This document shows, in pieces, positions 1-13,259 of a stretch of 64,000 bases of DNA. Position numbers and translations under genes: made by a program. This stretch comes from Klebsormidium nitens (taxonomy: Eukaryota; Plantae; Klebsormidiophyceae), in contig DF237295.1 of assembly GCA_000708835.1 (NCBI GenBank), forward strand, positions 1-64,000. The letters run 5' to 3'. Below the pieces are notes generated by a model that saw only the letters and a program-made list of their open reading frames with translations, was not told the DNA's origin and did no database searches. Position 1 is the first letter of the stretch; every line of letters starts with the position of its first letter.

Positions 1-361
1 AGTGTCAGAATGTTTTGAAACAGTGCAAGGTCTGGGACTCAGGGCAGGTACAGTAGGAATTGAAACAATCATAGGTACAAATACAGTAACGATGTTGTAC
101 GGCGTGGTCGGTAGAAAGCATCTAGGTACAGAGAGTCTAGAAAGTACCTATCCTGAGCAGAGGTTCCTGCCTAGCTTGCATGTGCTTTGTCTGCTCAAGA
201 GGAGTCTGCTGGTGAAAACGAAGCCGCCATGCATGATCTGTCAATATCATGTGGGACTACAGCACAGGAGAACTCCTGTTAATTGTATTGGAACCAGGGG
301 CGACTTCAGATTGAGGTAGGTAGATCCAGCAACTTGGGGCGGCGGCCTCTGAAAGAAAGCC

Positions 362-3300
362 ATGGCGGCCGGAGACGCAGACTCATTGGATGAGCCTCTG
401 ATATCCACTCCCAAAAACGAGCACAGCAGCCATGGACACAATGCCGAATCAAAACGAGCCACCTGGCAGCACGAGGCGAAGCAGCAGCTCACGCTGGCGC
501 TGCCCATCATCGGGATGAATGCGGTGCAGCTGCTCCTGGTGCTGACGTCAGCGGCGTTTGTGGGCCACCTGGGGGCGCTCCAGCTGGCGAGCGCGCAGCT
601 CGCCACATCGCTCGCAAATGCGCTGGGGCATTATGTGCTGGTGAGTATCGAGCGCTGCGCCGGCATGACTCAATCCGTTTGGCGCACATCGCAAGGTAAA
701 GGCATTTATGATCGTTAGCGTACATGATATCCACGGCTGCCAACCTCCTAAGCCTGAAGAAGGGAATGTGCCAGGTTTGAGTGCCACCATTGTCTTGAGA
801 TGAGCGGGTCACCTCGATGCAACAACCCAGCTCAATTCAATGGTCTTGCAAGCCAATGTCGGGTCACTAAGAATCGCGGAAAGGGGTTTGAGCGTACCCA
901 ATTTGCACTGGGTTAGGTGCCATTATCATCAATCAGGTGCAAAATCCTTAGCCCATCAGAAAGCCAGCAGATTGGTGCTGGGAAGATTGTCATAAGAACG
1001 ACAATACGGTGTCGTTCCGTATCGTCTGAGCCCCATTTTCCGTCAGGTTCCGAAGCGCACGGAACTTCAATGCAAGGCAGAATTGAATTGCACCTGATTA
1101 CATTGTGCTCCCTTTCTCCGCTGGCCCCCCTGATTACGAAGCAGGAACAGCCCCGCCTTTTTGACCCGCATAACCAATCTCTGCAGGCCTGTCAAATCGT
1201 TCCCCACAAAATGCACCTGGACTTCAGAGTTACATACCAAAACCCTAAAGGCATGAGACCTTCAAATCCTTGATACCCTCAAACCCAATAGGTTTCCATC
1301 AGGTTTCCCTCAACCCTGATGGAAACCTCGGATCAAAACCCCTTACCCCCCCTTGACCTTTCCACAAAACTCAATTGAAACCCTTTAACCCCCCCAGGTG
1401 GGCATGGCGCTCGGGCTCGAGACGCTGGGCGGGCAAGTCGTTGGCGCCGGACAGCTGGACGAGCTTGGACACGTCACCCACCTCGGACTCATCGTCCTAA
1501 CTCTTCTCGCCTGCACCATCAGCATCGCCTGGGCTTTCGCGGAGCCACTGCTGCTAGCTTTAGGGCAGGACCCGACACTGGCGAAGGAAGCGGCAAAGTA
1601 TCTCCATTTGTTGATCCCCAGCTTGTTTGCAAACGCGTGGACCCAGCCGTTGGTGAAGTTCCTGCAGTCGCTCGGCGCGACCGCGCCGCTCGCGTGGGCG
1701 TCGACGGTGACGTTGTTGCTGCACCTGCCGAGTAACTGGTGAGCTATTCTGAGAGGGGGTTTGAGCTCCTAAGCTTTCAAAGCGGCAACATCCCTTTACA
1801 CATAAGATCCAGAATTAGGGTTTTGGAAAGCTACGGAGAGGGCAAAGTGAGGCTTCGCAGGACAGTTATGGCATGAGGAGGATTAGGTTTGTAAGTGGCC
1901 CCTGAGGACAAATGCCTTTCCATATATGCTCTCGAATCTTAATTTCAGAGACCAGATTGGCCGCGCTTGGTGCAAAATGGAAGAGCAATGAGGGCGAACA
2001 CCAATTGATCAGCGCTTCGTTTGAGAGCACACATTTCGGGAGGTCAGGAGGTTTCGTTTGCGGGCTTCCATTCCGTCTTGCAGCAGTCCGAAAGATTCAT
2101 AGGCGTAAGGTCCACCACCTTCGACTATAGAGAGAAGGATACGGTCGGCTCGTCTGGCTCAAAAGCCAAGCTTTAGCCGTTCGTTTTGAACGGCATAATG
2201 ATCGAACCATTTTAGATTGTGGACCCTTACGAGCGAAAAAGCTGCAAGCTCTCTCGTTGGAATTGCCTGCATTCATCGATCCACTGGTGACTCGTTTGAC
2301 TGCAGGAGGTCCCGTCGGGCAGGTCAAATCGGAGCCCGCGTTTAACTTCTTCGCCCCCCCGCGAATGATGAAGCTGCGTTTCATGGTTGATTTGGAAAGT
2401 TGCGTCAGACCTCCAATCCAGAAGACGACTGTTGAACAGTACCTGATTTAGGAATCTGGCTCAACAGTGACTGAACCTTTCCTTGGAAAGACAGATACCC
2501 GTTTCGAGCGGTTCTGACTGCCCACGTATTCCCCTCTGTCCGCAGGTTCTTCATCTTTTACCTGGGGTGGGGTATGACCGGCGCTCCGATCGCAACAAGC
2601 CTTGCCTACTGCCTTATCTTCACGTTTCTGTTGGGGCACATTCTCACCAGCGGGGCGTATTCCCACTCCACTCCCAAGCTGAACCTCAGCCGGTCGTTCC
2701 GGAAGGCGCCGCTCTTTCTGAAGCTGGGCTTCTTCTCTGCCAGCATGATGTGGTGAGGTCATTGCTGACCTCCCGGGCCGAGGCAGACGGACTCCGAACG
2801 TCTCTGCTTGCTTGCTCTCGATGTCACGAGGTGCTTATTGTATAGGAAATATATAGGCTATGGCTCAAAGCGGAATGAGGCTATGCATATACTCAGTGCA
2901 GTTAGATGGCTTGCGATAGGGTAAACGGGAGGTGCGCTCTTTCATTACCTTTGTAATTTCCGACTCGGGCGGTGGTTAATCAAATCGAAGCGAGCACCAT
3001 TATCAATCGACATTGCACCCTCCAGGGAATGAAGCAACTACGGAAAAAGGGAGTCCGCTCGCACGTGCTGTTCCTCATTCTGGTCGACTCTGGCTGTTTG
3101 TCACTTCCTGCTATTATCATACCCCGCAGGTTTTATCGGGGGAGCAGCTTTCACTCGACGACCTCTTGCCGAGACCATTTTCGAACCATCCCGAACGCAG
3201 CGTCTGAAGAGCCTCAAAATACTGACGTCGATTCTCTTGCCTGCAGTTTGGAGTACGTGGCGTTCGACATCATCTATCTCATGGCGGGTCTCCTTCCCGA

Positions 3301-6300
3301 CCCGTATCGACTGGTATCGGCCCTGTCTGTCGCGTAAGCTCTCCAACCGCATCCCAAATGCAATTATCAAACGGAACACCTCGAGCAATACGGCCGACTG
3401 ACCCAATTCAGGTCTTTTGCGCCGCAGACTTCAGTCACTTGGAAATGGCCGCCTGGTGCTTATTGGGTCTCCGCCGAGTGCGGATTCGTGGGCCGTTTGA
3501 TTGCCGCAGGCTACTTATCGGACGGCCCGAGCTTTGTGATCAACCCCATACCGAATACGGGTCAAGCGAAAAGATTAGACGGGGACAACACGGTCATAGA
3601 ATACCCACTCAATGTCATCACAAACGTTCTCGACTTACACGAACTAAGCTCGGTTTACGGGTACCCCAACCTGCAGTTTCTCCTTGGGTGCTGACCCTTT
3701 GTAGATGAGAGAATCCCCGCAGAGACACAGTGGTAAAGACGACTGACTGCAAATTCGAGAGAACCAAGAGTCAGACGGACACCCAATAGGAAGGCGCGCC
3801 AAAAGTGACGCCAACGACAAGAATCAGGCGATGTGCTGGTTCGCTTTGTCTGCTTTCCCGGTGTGAACCAGACTTTCTTTAATTGGGCAGTCGAAAGTTT
3901 CTCATCCGTTGGATCTCCTCGCCAACGCTGCCGGTCGACCATCTGGCAGGCTTCAAACGCCATGCTGTCTTCTTCTTACCAGATGCAGTTCTTGCTTACC
4001 CGCTAAAGTGGGGCTAATACCAAAATGGGGCTAATAAATAGATTGGTGTCTTCCGGCGGAACCGTGCACCGTTGCTCGTCTTCACCGGAAAGGGGCCTCA
4101 TCAGGATGTCACGAAATCTCGACGTTGCTCCAGTAGAACGCTTACCAGTCCCCTGTGCTCTTGCTGTGCTTCGGTAACGGAACACAACCCTGCTGTCTGC
4201 AGGATGAACACCACGTGGCTATGCGCCACTACTTACGTGGGTCTTGGCAACGCTGTCAGGTGAGCAGGAAAGCCCAAAAGAGAGATTTTAGATGACCAAA
4301 CCTGGTTGATGGTTGGTTTAGGAGCTTTCCGAGGTTTAGGAGCTTTCCGAGGAACGTCACACTTGTAGTCGGGGTTGGCGCTTCCGAATCTTACGGGTCT
4401 GAAATGTCGGAATCTTCGCCGACGAAGTTCTTATAAGATTCTCCAATCAATCAGCCTAGTCAAGGGCCCCTTTGCAGCTTCTGTCAGTGGCAAATCAATC
4501 ATGTACCTGACCAGTTCAGCAGCTCGGCAAGCTTCAGGAAACGCTTGAGTAGCGCGTCGTGACGTTCCAACGAGCCGCTTCTCGTGATCTGGACGCGTCT
4601 CATTGTCCTTTCATTATGGCAGCCAAAACCTGTTCATGACCATGGAAAAGCTTACCAAACCGTGCGCTCACTGCAGCACACGTGTCGCCACGGAACTGGG
4701 CCGGGGGTCCGTCCTGGGCGCGCAAAGAGCCGCGCGGGTGGGGCTCGGGTGGTCCGTTGTGGTCGGGGTAGTGGCGACCGCTCTGATGCTCGCGCTGCAC
4801 AGGCAGTGGCCTCTGCTCTTTATCGACGGCGCAGACCGCCAGCTGTTGGACCTGTGTACGGGTCTCATGCTCTTCGCGAGCTTGAACCTATTCGGGGACT
4901 CGATCCAAGTCACGGCGGGAGGTGCGCAATCTCAATCTAGTCCTTTCTTCTGCGGGTGGAAGCGTTTTCCCGGTGTAACCTGGGCGTTCTCGTCGTTGGA
5001 AATTAAGCGGAGATGCTGACAGAGCAGCGATGGCACACGGTCTCTCAGCATACTGAAAAGCGTGTCCACAAAACTCTGAAAATTGAGGTGAATCGCATTT
5101 TTGCTTCGTCTCTGAGCGACTCGCGGTCTATCTCGCCTCTGATTTCGGAGGCGACTTCGCATAGGACATTGAGATGTCCTTCTCTTGAAGCCGCGCTTCT
5201 TCTAGTAGTTTAGGGGCGCTCCTTTTCTTAGCAGGGGCGCTCGTCCTTGGGGATAAAGGCTCGGTTCTTGTTGGGAGAGAGGCACTTTTTCCAGATGATG
5301 GGCGCTCTGCTAGAAGCGCCACTAACCCTGGTTTAGTAGCGCTTTCTTCTTTTCTTGGGTCAAGAAATACTTCCTCCTGAGTGAAATACTCCTCCGCTTC
5401 TTCTTTCACCTGAAGGGCGAATATCTTGATGTAGGGTAGGCTCTTCCTTCACGTGAGAGGCTCGTCAACTGTTCAGAAAGGGGCGCTTCTTCCCTGGATC
5501 AAGGGCGCTCTAGCTTCTGTGCTAGAAGCGCCACTAACGCTGGTTCAGCGGGCTTTTTTCTTAGCGGGCCACAAAATGCTTCTTTTCATTCCGCTCGGAG
5601 TTGGGTTCACCACGAGGAGAAGTCCACCTTCGAAGTACATGTACTGCGGTCCGTATCTTTTTTAGGGAGAGCAACTGCGCATGATGTTTTGAGTAGAAAA
5701 ACCCTCGCTATGCACATAACTACCGCAACTGGCGACAGCTCACCCCCTGACTTGTTTCGTCATACGCGCAGGCGTTCTCCGGGGGTGCGGTCGGCAGGAC
5801 CTCGGCGCGGTTCTCGCGTTGGCAAGCTACTACGCGATCGCGGTGCCGGCCGCGGCCGTCGGGGGCTTCGTTTTGAAATGGAGCGTTTGGGTGAGGAGAT
5901 TCAAGACACGGCTGGTTACAGTTTGGATTCCTGACACTTTGGTTGAGGCTTCGATTTGAATTGAAGCGTCGGGGTGAGGCTCAAGACACGGCTAGTTACG
6001 CGTTTCTACCCGTTCGTGAACCAGCTCAAGAGGTTGCTTGGCTTAGTTTGGAGCGTGTGGGTGAGGAAATTCGAGACACGGCTAGTTACGGGTTTAAGTG
6101 ACCCATTCATTGACCGAATCAACACATTCCTTGGGGCTTCGTTTTGAATTGAAGGTCAGGTTCAAGTCGCGGCTGGTTTCGAACTTCCACCCGTTCGTTG
6201 TCCAAACCAACACATTGCTGGGGCTTCGTCTCGAATTGACGCGTTTGGGTGAGATTCAAGTTGCGGCTGGGTTTTATTTTGCCCGTCCATTGACCGAACC

Positions 6301-7987
6301 AGTAAGTTGCTTGGGGGTTGGTTATGATTTGGAGCGTTTGGGTGAGGTTCGAGTTGCGGCTGGGTTCGAGTTTCTACTTGTTGATTGACCACATCAACCC
6401 GTTTGCTTGGGGCTTGATTTTGGAATGGAGCGTTTGGGTGAGGCTCAAACGGCTGCTTTTGAGTCTCTACCCGTCGTCAGACAAGTCCAGTAGATAAATA
6501 AGGGCTTGGTCTGCAAACGGGGCGTCCAGTGATGATGCTCATGAAGCGATGGTTTCGTGTCTGTACCCGTTCATCAACCATTCTAAGCAAGTGCTTGAGG
6601 CTGCGTTTTGACGCTGACCGTCTGGGTGAGGCTCAAGACGTGGCTGGTTGCGGGGATCTGCCCGTTCATCAGACCAATCATTCAAGTGCTCGGAGATTGG
6701 GATGTAGAAAAGGCGTCCAAGAAATGATGCTCGAGAAAGCGGCTGGTTACGAGTCTCTACCTTTTATTGGTTAACTCATTAATCTGCTTAAGGCTTCGTC
6801 TGCAAACGGGGCGTCTAGTGATGCTCGAGAAAGCGGCTGATTGCCCATTTTACCTACCTACATTCAATAGAAGCTGAAGGCAGCTGTTGTGATCGTTCAG
6901 AGATTGACGTGATGGCTGGAAGGACGAGACGAACTCCCGCACCTCCGAGCCCCCTTCGCTGCGACTTAGCGCATTGACGGTCAACTCCGACAGAAAGACC
7001 ATTTCTTGACCGTCGATTCGAAGGTATACAACGCGGCCCAGGGGCACTCGAAACTGAGTGGCCGGAAGTCCGCGTTGCCCGGTTTTCCTTCCATCCATTT
7101 TGTCAGGAGCTAACCCCGGACCGTTGCTCGTGCAGGGAATCTTTGGGGGCATGTTCATCGGCGTCATCAGCCAGCTCATGCTCCAGCTCACAGCGATAGC
7201 CTGGACGAACTGGGAGCGTCAGGTGAGCCCCCAAAACCACAGCGCAAGAAGGTTTCGCGCCTAACCAAAATTTATAACAGCAGTCTGGTCTGGTGGATAG
7301 ACATCCTACATATGCCTAACCAGGCTTGGTGGAGCGTGGATTTACTTGTGTCAAGCTTCGCTCTGTTTGAACCTTGCACCTTCTTCTTTTTGTTTGGCGG
7401 TACGGCCCGGTGATTGCCTTCGTTTGGGCTATGCTGCAACTTCAGTGGCGTGTGAAGACCCGCAGCCTCTTTCCGTTCCGATCAGGGTCTTGCGAATAGT
7501 GAGCGTTGTACGAGGTTTTCGAGTCCCTGGCCGTGACATGAGGTTTGACGCAGAACATGCATCTGCACTCATGGAGTCTGGAGGATGAATTGTGGTTGCG
7601 CTTCGTTCTCGTCAATACCGTTCAACCCGTCACATTCCACATGCCTACCACTGGCATGTAAGATTGATGCGTCAATTCAGTGGTGTCCGCTTCCATGGAC
7701 AAAGAACCCCTTCCCTCAAGCGTTTGCTTTTCTCGCCTCGAAGTGATTTGCATCCGCAATACTGCTGAAATACATGCGAAATTCTCGGTCGCTCGCCCCC
7801 TGATTGCCACGAAGAAACATATTGACAGAGGGACCCGGAGGAGAAGCGTGTATACTGGCGGAGTTTATTCTTCTAATTCTTGCCTCAATATGCGTACAAA
7901 TAAAAACTGCAACTTTGCTCTTGTCAGGCGAAGCTCGCGCGAGATGAAGCTGTCGACGAAAGAATGGGAGCGGGTCTAGACGCCTAA
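362..7987 (+). CDS. DTX: MATE (multidrug and toxic compound extrusion / DTX) family transporter, 9 exons, ~493 aa
   Basis: Exons 362-640, 1398-1738, 2546-2752, 3247-3333, 4203-4259, 4677-4921, 5772-5890, 7136-7222, 7928-7987; all GT-AG, phases consistent, 1482 nt. Plant MATE motifs: GMALGLETLGGQVVGAGQ, CLEYVAFDIIYLMAGLLPDP, STRVATELGRG, GVLRGCGRQDLGA, WTNWERQ. The N-terminal acidic-dileucine-like DEPLI is typical of tonoplast MATEs. Confidence 0.95.
1290..1328. repeat. Perfect 14-bp inverted repeat (hairpin) in MATE intron 1
   Basis: AGGTTTCCATCAGG (1290-1303), 11-nt loop, CCTGATGGAAACCT (1315-1328): exact reverse complement. Confidence 0.85.
5190..5570. repeat. Degenerate short repeats in MATE intron 6
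   Basis: Recurring GGGGCGCT(C/T) and two copies of GCTAGAAGCGCCACTAAC(C/G)CTGGTT (about 5309 and 5521). Confidence 0.6.
5860..6840 (+). repeat. Degenerate ~93-bp tandem array derived from MATE exon 7 end plus its 5' splice site
   Basis: About 11 units starting near 5862, 5946, 6040, 6134, 6221, 6314, 6408, 6501, 6598, 6697, 6791, with consensus GGGGCTTCGTTTTGAA-TGGAGCGTTTGG|GTGAGG-TCAAGAC-CGGCTGGTT. The first unit is the real exon/intron junction (5890/5891). Confidence 0.85.
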
Positions 7988-9429
7988 CGAGCCAATTCTG
8001 GAGATAAAAACCGCTTGCAATAGGTATCAAGCATTAACCGTGTTGACAAGTGCTTCAAATTGGAAGCCATGAGAGTTGAGGTTGCTGGTGTACTTTTCTG
8101 ATTACTGATTAAAGTCAGGTTAAGGTTAACTTGTCTCACTCAGAACGATGCAGCGTTCTGCTTTGCGGAAGTTTTGGGCATACTACATAAGTAGGTGAGA
8201 ATCTTACTGGTACAAGCTGGTCACACATCTAGGACGAAATGACTGAGTTGCGTGTAGTGATAACAAAAGTAGGCTTTTGTTCTAGGGCTGCAAGCGAGCA
8301 GCTTGCTTAAAACATTTGAAGATGAGTCAACAGTCGAAGACACTAACGAGGTATGTAGGGCATGCAGTGTTGAAGACGTGTGACTGCACAACACTTTTTT
8401 GTACGGAACTCAAAGTCAAAGTGAAATAGTAAAAAACACTCGAGTCGGGCGTTCAATGAAAGAGCTAGCTAGCCCTCAAAAGGCTATGTTGCAGCCAACT
8501 CTAAGAAACAGTTATGGTGCTTTGCTGTAAGGATAAGTGTCCAAAGATCGACCGAACAAATTGATGTTGTTGATTTGTACTAACATATAGACTTTTCCTT
8601 GGAGCTGAGCGTGAGCCGGCCGCGGCCGAACTTTAAGATTGAAACTTCAAACGACATATCATGACCGGACTTGAAAGTTGAAGATACAAGCTGCACCTGA
8701 TACTCCAATGAGCCCCGTGCCTATATCTCGAGTCCACTCGACCCCAGACCGAACACGTGCAGAGGTGTCTCCAATCATGCAATTACTAGCTCATGGAGCT
8801 CGTGCCATTCAATGGATAGTTTATTGGAATTTGAATGTCGCTATAGCGCTCAGGTCGGCCGGATCCGCGATCCTTAGTTAGTCTTTGACTTGGCCACGGA
8901 CACGCCGCGCTTGCAATTCATGAAGACATAAGTGACATATATTATTTACATCATTGAGTCGGACTCGACATGTGTGCAACCTCTACGTGAACATTGGCTG
9001 GTAAAGCTAAATGTGCCCCAGACGGTCCATGCCCGGCGGCCATGTGCTCTTGTATATGTTAGAATTGGATCTCAAACGTGCTTAAGGGGGCCGGCATGCC
9101 CACGTACTCAATATGTATCATGCATAGGCGGCCGGCTGCATGCCGCGGCCGCCACGATGTCATGACATGCACGTTGCCAAGTTGCACACTTATACACAGC
9201 ACGCGACAATGCGTTCAATTGCGCTTGCTCCATGCACATGATCGGCGATCCTTACTATAACTTATCGAATGATGCATGCATGATTCTTCGAGAACGCTTA
9301 TAACGTACTTGTATGTTGTATGTTGCTTACTCATTACGAATTTCTACTCTTCAAGCTTTTGCTCTTTCAAGCATGCATGATTCATAGTTGACCAACCTAA
9401 CTAGACAACGTCTTTGTTTCATCGTAATG

Positions 9430-12400
9430 CTAGCTAGACCCAGTAAATCTCATTACGTCCTTGGTTAGCATCATTGCAGGCCGCTCTAGCAAGGAGGAAT
9501 ACTCCGAGAGCAAATAGTGAACATACTTCAACCAGTTCCCGTTCCCTATCAGCTTAGCATACTTCTCCAACACCCGCTGGTGTACCAACCGCATCTCTTC
9601 GTCGTGCGCCACTGCGTAGCGAAGCTTTTCTGGCAAGTCGGACGCGTCCTCTGCTATTGGTATATAGTCCTTGTACGGGGTCAGGAAGTCGTAGAAGTAC
9701 TCCGTGTATGGCGAGTTGGCCTTGAAAAACACAGCTCCGCAGGCCAAGACATGCGCATACCGGCTGCTCCATGCATTTCCGTCGATATCTATCAGGTATT
9801 TGTAAGACGTGAACTCCCCAAAAGAGAACTGCTTTGTATCGGTGGGCAGCCCAGCCTCCTTCATGGCCTGGAAGGTCTGTTCTGAGCATTGCCCTGGCGC
9901 GCAGGGTAGAAACTTCGCGTCCAAAATATCCGAGTTCGCCCGAGTGTGGTTCACGAGATGAGTGCGTGGGTACCGCCAGAAGTTCTCCTTGGTGTACTCA
10001 CCACCTGAAGCGAGGGCGAATTGAAGATTCATATAACCAGTTTACGAAAGAAGACCTGTCCCTGCAGTTTCGTTGCTTTACATGCGTAAGCGTGCTGGCT
10101 CAGACAAGAACGAAAGATTTGACACCCGTTCCTGATCCAACTTAGCAAAAATTGCCTCCCAAACTTCGTCACGAGTCTACCTTCAACTTCAAATATTGTA
10201 TTCGTTTGTATTCCAACAACCGAAGTTTACGACCACCCCCAGTACGATCTGCTGAAATCCAAAGCAAGGATTGCAATACTGCAAGGATACCGGAAACTAA
10301 AAATACCTTTTACAACGCTGCACCCAAAATTCAAAGGCCATTACACAGCACCGTCTCAAGCAATGAGATTACAACTCAACAAGAGCATCTCCGGATCTCC
10401 ACCTTGGGCAGATCCTGGCTTATACGGATTGAAACACGATATCGAACACAAATTGTCTCCATGACGACTGCAAATCCTTTGGTACCTAGCACGGGTGTCC
10501 ATCAGGCCCATGCAGTGAATAGAGTTCCTAAGCCTGTGGGTGTGAGATGCGAGCCAGCTCCATCGATCGAGAGGTCAGGCCTTGCAAACCAACAGCACGT
10601 AAACTGGCATACGTTGGTTGTTACTGCCTCGCCGGTGTTCACGGTCTCAGTGCCACTGCCAAAGCCCCTTGAGCAAAGCCGTCCTTTGGCGGTACAGATA
10701 CAGAACCCAGGACTCAGAACCCCATCGGTAACTAGGACAGAAACAAAGAATCGAAGTGTTGCCGACACACCTGTTGGAGAGCCCCTCCAGATCGCCTTAG
10801 CGGTGCGCCCGTCCCACCTCTGCGCATCCTCTAGTTCCGACGGCAGCAGCTGCTTGATCTTGCCATAGTACTCGGTCGTCGGGAGTGGGATCTCAGCAAA
10901 GTCGGATGTGGTGGTGTAAACAAATAGCGGTGCCTTGTCCATGTGAAAGGGCGCCCGAAAAAGCTTGGGGCGATCCTGGATGCTTATGACCATGTCGAGA
11001 TAGTCCGGGAGCCCATGCGCTGCCTCGAGGGCCTCAAACAGGTTGTGCCAGTGGTGGACACGTGGCATGTAGTAAATGTTGGCCTGCAACGCCGCTTGCA
11101 TCAGCGTCGGGGGCCAGATGAGGGAGCCGTTGATGACGCGGACTCGGAAGGAGGAGTGGGAGTGGCCGCGGTCCAGCTGTTGACACCGGGCGCGAGAGTC
11201 AGGCTTGGAAAAGTGCGGTAAAATCATGGCGGTGTTCAGTGGGCTGTCGCTCACCTTATGGCTTTCTAGAATGGCATCAATCATCTTGATGTGACCTACC
11301 TGTTTCCAAGAGAAGCAGAGTTGCCCCAAAGACCTAACTTCTCAAAAAAAGTGCCTCTCATGAGAGCAGTCATGTGAGCAGTCAGGAGAAGTGGATGTGA
11401 TGGTCGTCAAAGGGCGTTCAGCTGATTTTAAAACCCAGGAATCCACAGTGGCAGTTGGTGTCAGGAACAGAAGAATCAACGTTCACAATAGAGAAAGCTT
11501 TGAATTGCTGCCAGCTATGGTGAAGCTTCTAATCGAGCGGCTGAGGGAATTACGGTAGCAAGAAACCTCCTGACTTGGCAATACTTATGCAGCTTTATTC
11601 AAACGGATATTGAATGCCCATTCGTGGCACTAGCGTGCCCCACTTTGGTGGGCCTGCTTTGCAAAAGCGTGCAATAGGACTCAGCCAATTCATCGGCGAG
11701 AATCCAGAATCTTGCAGGAGCGAAGTGCAGTTGCCGGTTCGTTGTTGGACAGAGAGTTCAGCCGACCTTGGCATATGCTGAAAGGACATGCCATTGATGC
11801 ACAGTCTGTGCTCTCTTAGCGTTCAAGAGCACGTCTCAAAGCCACACGGACTTTACGGTTGATGCCGGGAAGGAAAGAATTCAAACAGCATGTATTTGCA
11901 AAATCCGCACAATCTTTACGCCCGCTTCAACAGAATCTGCTTTCGAAAGAATGCACAACTTCTCCAAGACCTCCCTCATTGCTACGGATGTCGGCAGTAG
12001 AATCTTGCAACAGATGAATTCCTGCGAGACTGGTGTCTTCGTTGAAGCAGATTGCCGCAGAAAGAATGGCGAAAACCTCTGGGAGGCATTTTCATCCATA
12101 GCTGAGAACCAATCTTTCAAAGTTTGAGACTTGATTGACAATCCTTGCGGGCCATTTTGAAAGAGAGGCCAGTCCACGTCGGCTCACCATGTAATCCCAA
12201 AGGTTATCAACCATCTTGGTGCTTATCGACGCGCTTTCAAAATCGTACTTGTCCCATGGAGTCAGCCAGCGCGTTGCCGTGCTCTTCAATAGGTCTTCGT
12301 ACTTGCTCGGCAAGGCCGGTATCAGCGCCTTGAGCCCCTCAGGAATGTCACATGGCGGACAAACCTCGCTCCCAGAGCTTGTGTACAAAGTTGCAATGCT

Positions 12401-12565
12401 TATGTGCGCTTTGCTCGTTCTGCCATGCAGTAGCCCGACCACGTAAAAGCTTACAGCAATGCAGGCAACCAGCAGCGAGCTGAGCGGCCGGCTCTGCAGC
12501 CAACGGACAAGATTTGACACTTTTGCCGCTGTCCTCCGGTCGGACAGGCTCCACAGGCGGTTCAT
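9430..12565 (-). CDS. Glycosyltransferase family 90 (CAP10 / POGLUT-KDELC-like), type II membrane protein, 3 exons, ~493 aa
   Basis: Exons 12565-12188, 11299-10771, 10004-9430 (1482 nt, phases 0 and 1). N-terminal TM (LLVACIAVSFYVVGLL). GT90 motifs AIWRGSPTGG, PRTHLV, YKYLIDIDGNAWSSRY, EYFYDFLTPYKDYIPI, DLPEKLRYA. Confidence 0.9.
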
Positions 12566-13259
12566 TTTGAGGTTTGTGTGCGCCGTTAAACAATGGCGGT
12601 CCAAAACACAACCTGGTCGCAGCAAGAATGTGAGGCCTCGGGAAAAGACATCAATGCAGGCGTGTTCGAGCTAGAGGGACTGTGTCTATTTGGAAAGGCA
12701 AGCTTTCACGACCCCAGCATTGCCAGCAATTGCAGCAATTACCAGCTCCCCCATGAAAGTTTAGGGTCCTATCACAATGCTGTGACTTGCTGACTCGTGA
12801 GTTCTGATCCAACCAGATTCAGGACGTGCTTCGCAGATTCCGCACATGTGCAAGCCTTATAAAAATAGAGTTGTGCACGTATAAGGCACTGTTCCTTATT
12901 AAAGGCACTGTCGTATCAGAGGACTGTGCACTTTGTGGTGGGCGGAAGCTTACCCCGGGGTGCCATCGGCAATTGCCCCGGGCTGTTCCTGTAAAAATTC
13001 AGATCAATATTCGGTCACATTCCCCCATAGGTTTTTGATGGCCCCCGGGGCTTTGTACATGGACAACATTCCTCTACGGTTGGATGCCTCCTTACAAGGA
13101 GCAATTCCTCATACGTATGTACAAAACTCGATCCTTATCGACCCTTTGCACATGCCGGTTGATTTCTGCCCCAGATCAACCCGGATAGAGTGCGAACCGT
13201 AAGGTATGGCAATGATTACGACGCCCCAGGCAAACAGATCTTGCACACTGTGCAGTCAC

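Noticed and set aside
2-319. 105-aa ORF at the window start
   Set aside because: No motif, sits in the MATE upstream region, probably spurious.
3400-3694. Open frame in MATE intron 4 (..GRLIAAGYLSDGPSF..)
   Set aside because: No recognisable family or splice context; cannot be supported as a nested gene.
8612-9300. 10-bp inverted match (AGCCGGCCGC) and ATGCAT-rich palindromes between the MATE and GT90 3' ends
   Set aside because: Short GC-rich matches can arise by chance, and no element boundaries could be defined.
10152-10868. 238-aa plus-strand ORF
   Set aside because: It is antisense to the GT90 intron and exon, has no recognisable domain and no supporting splice structure.
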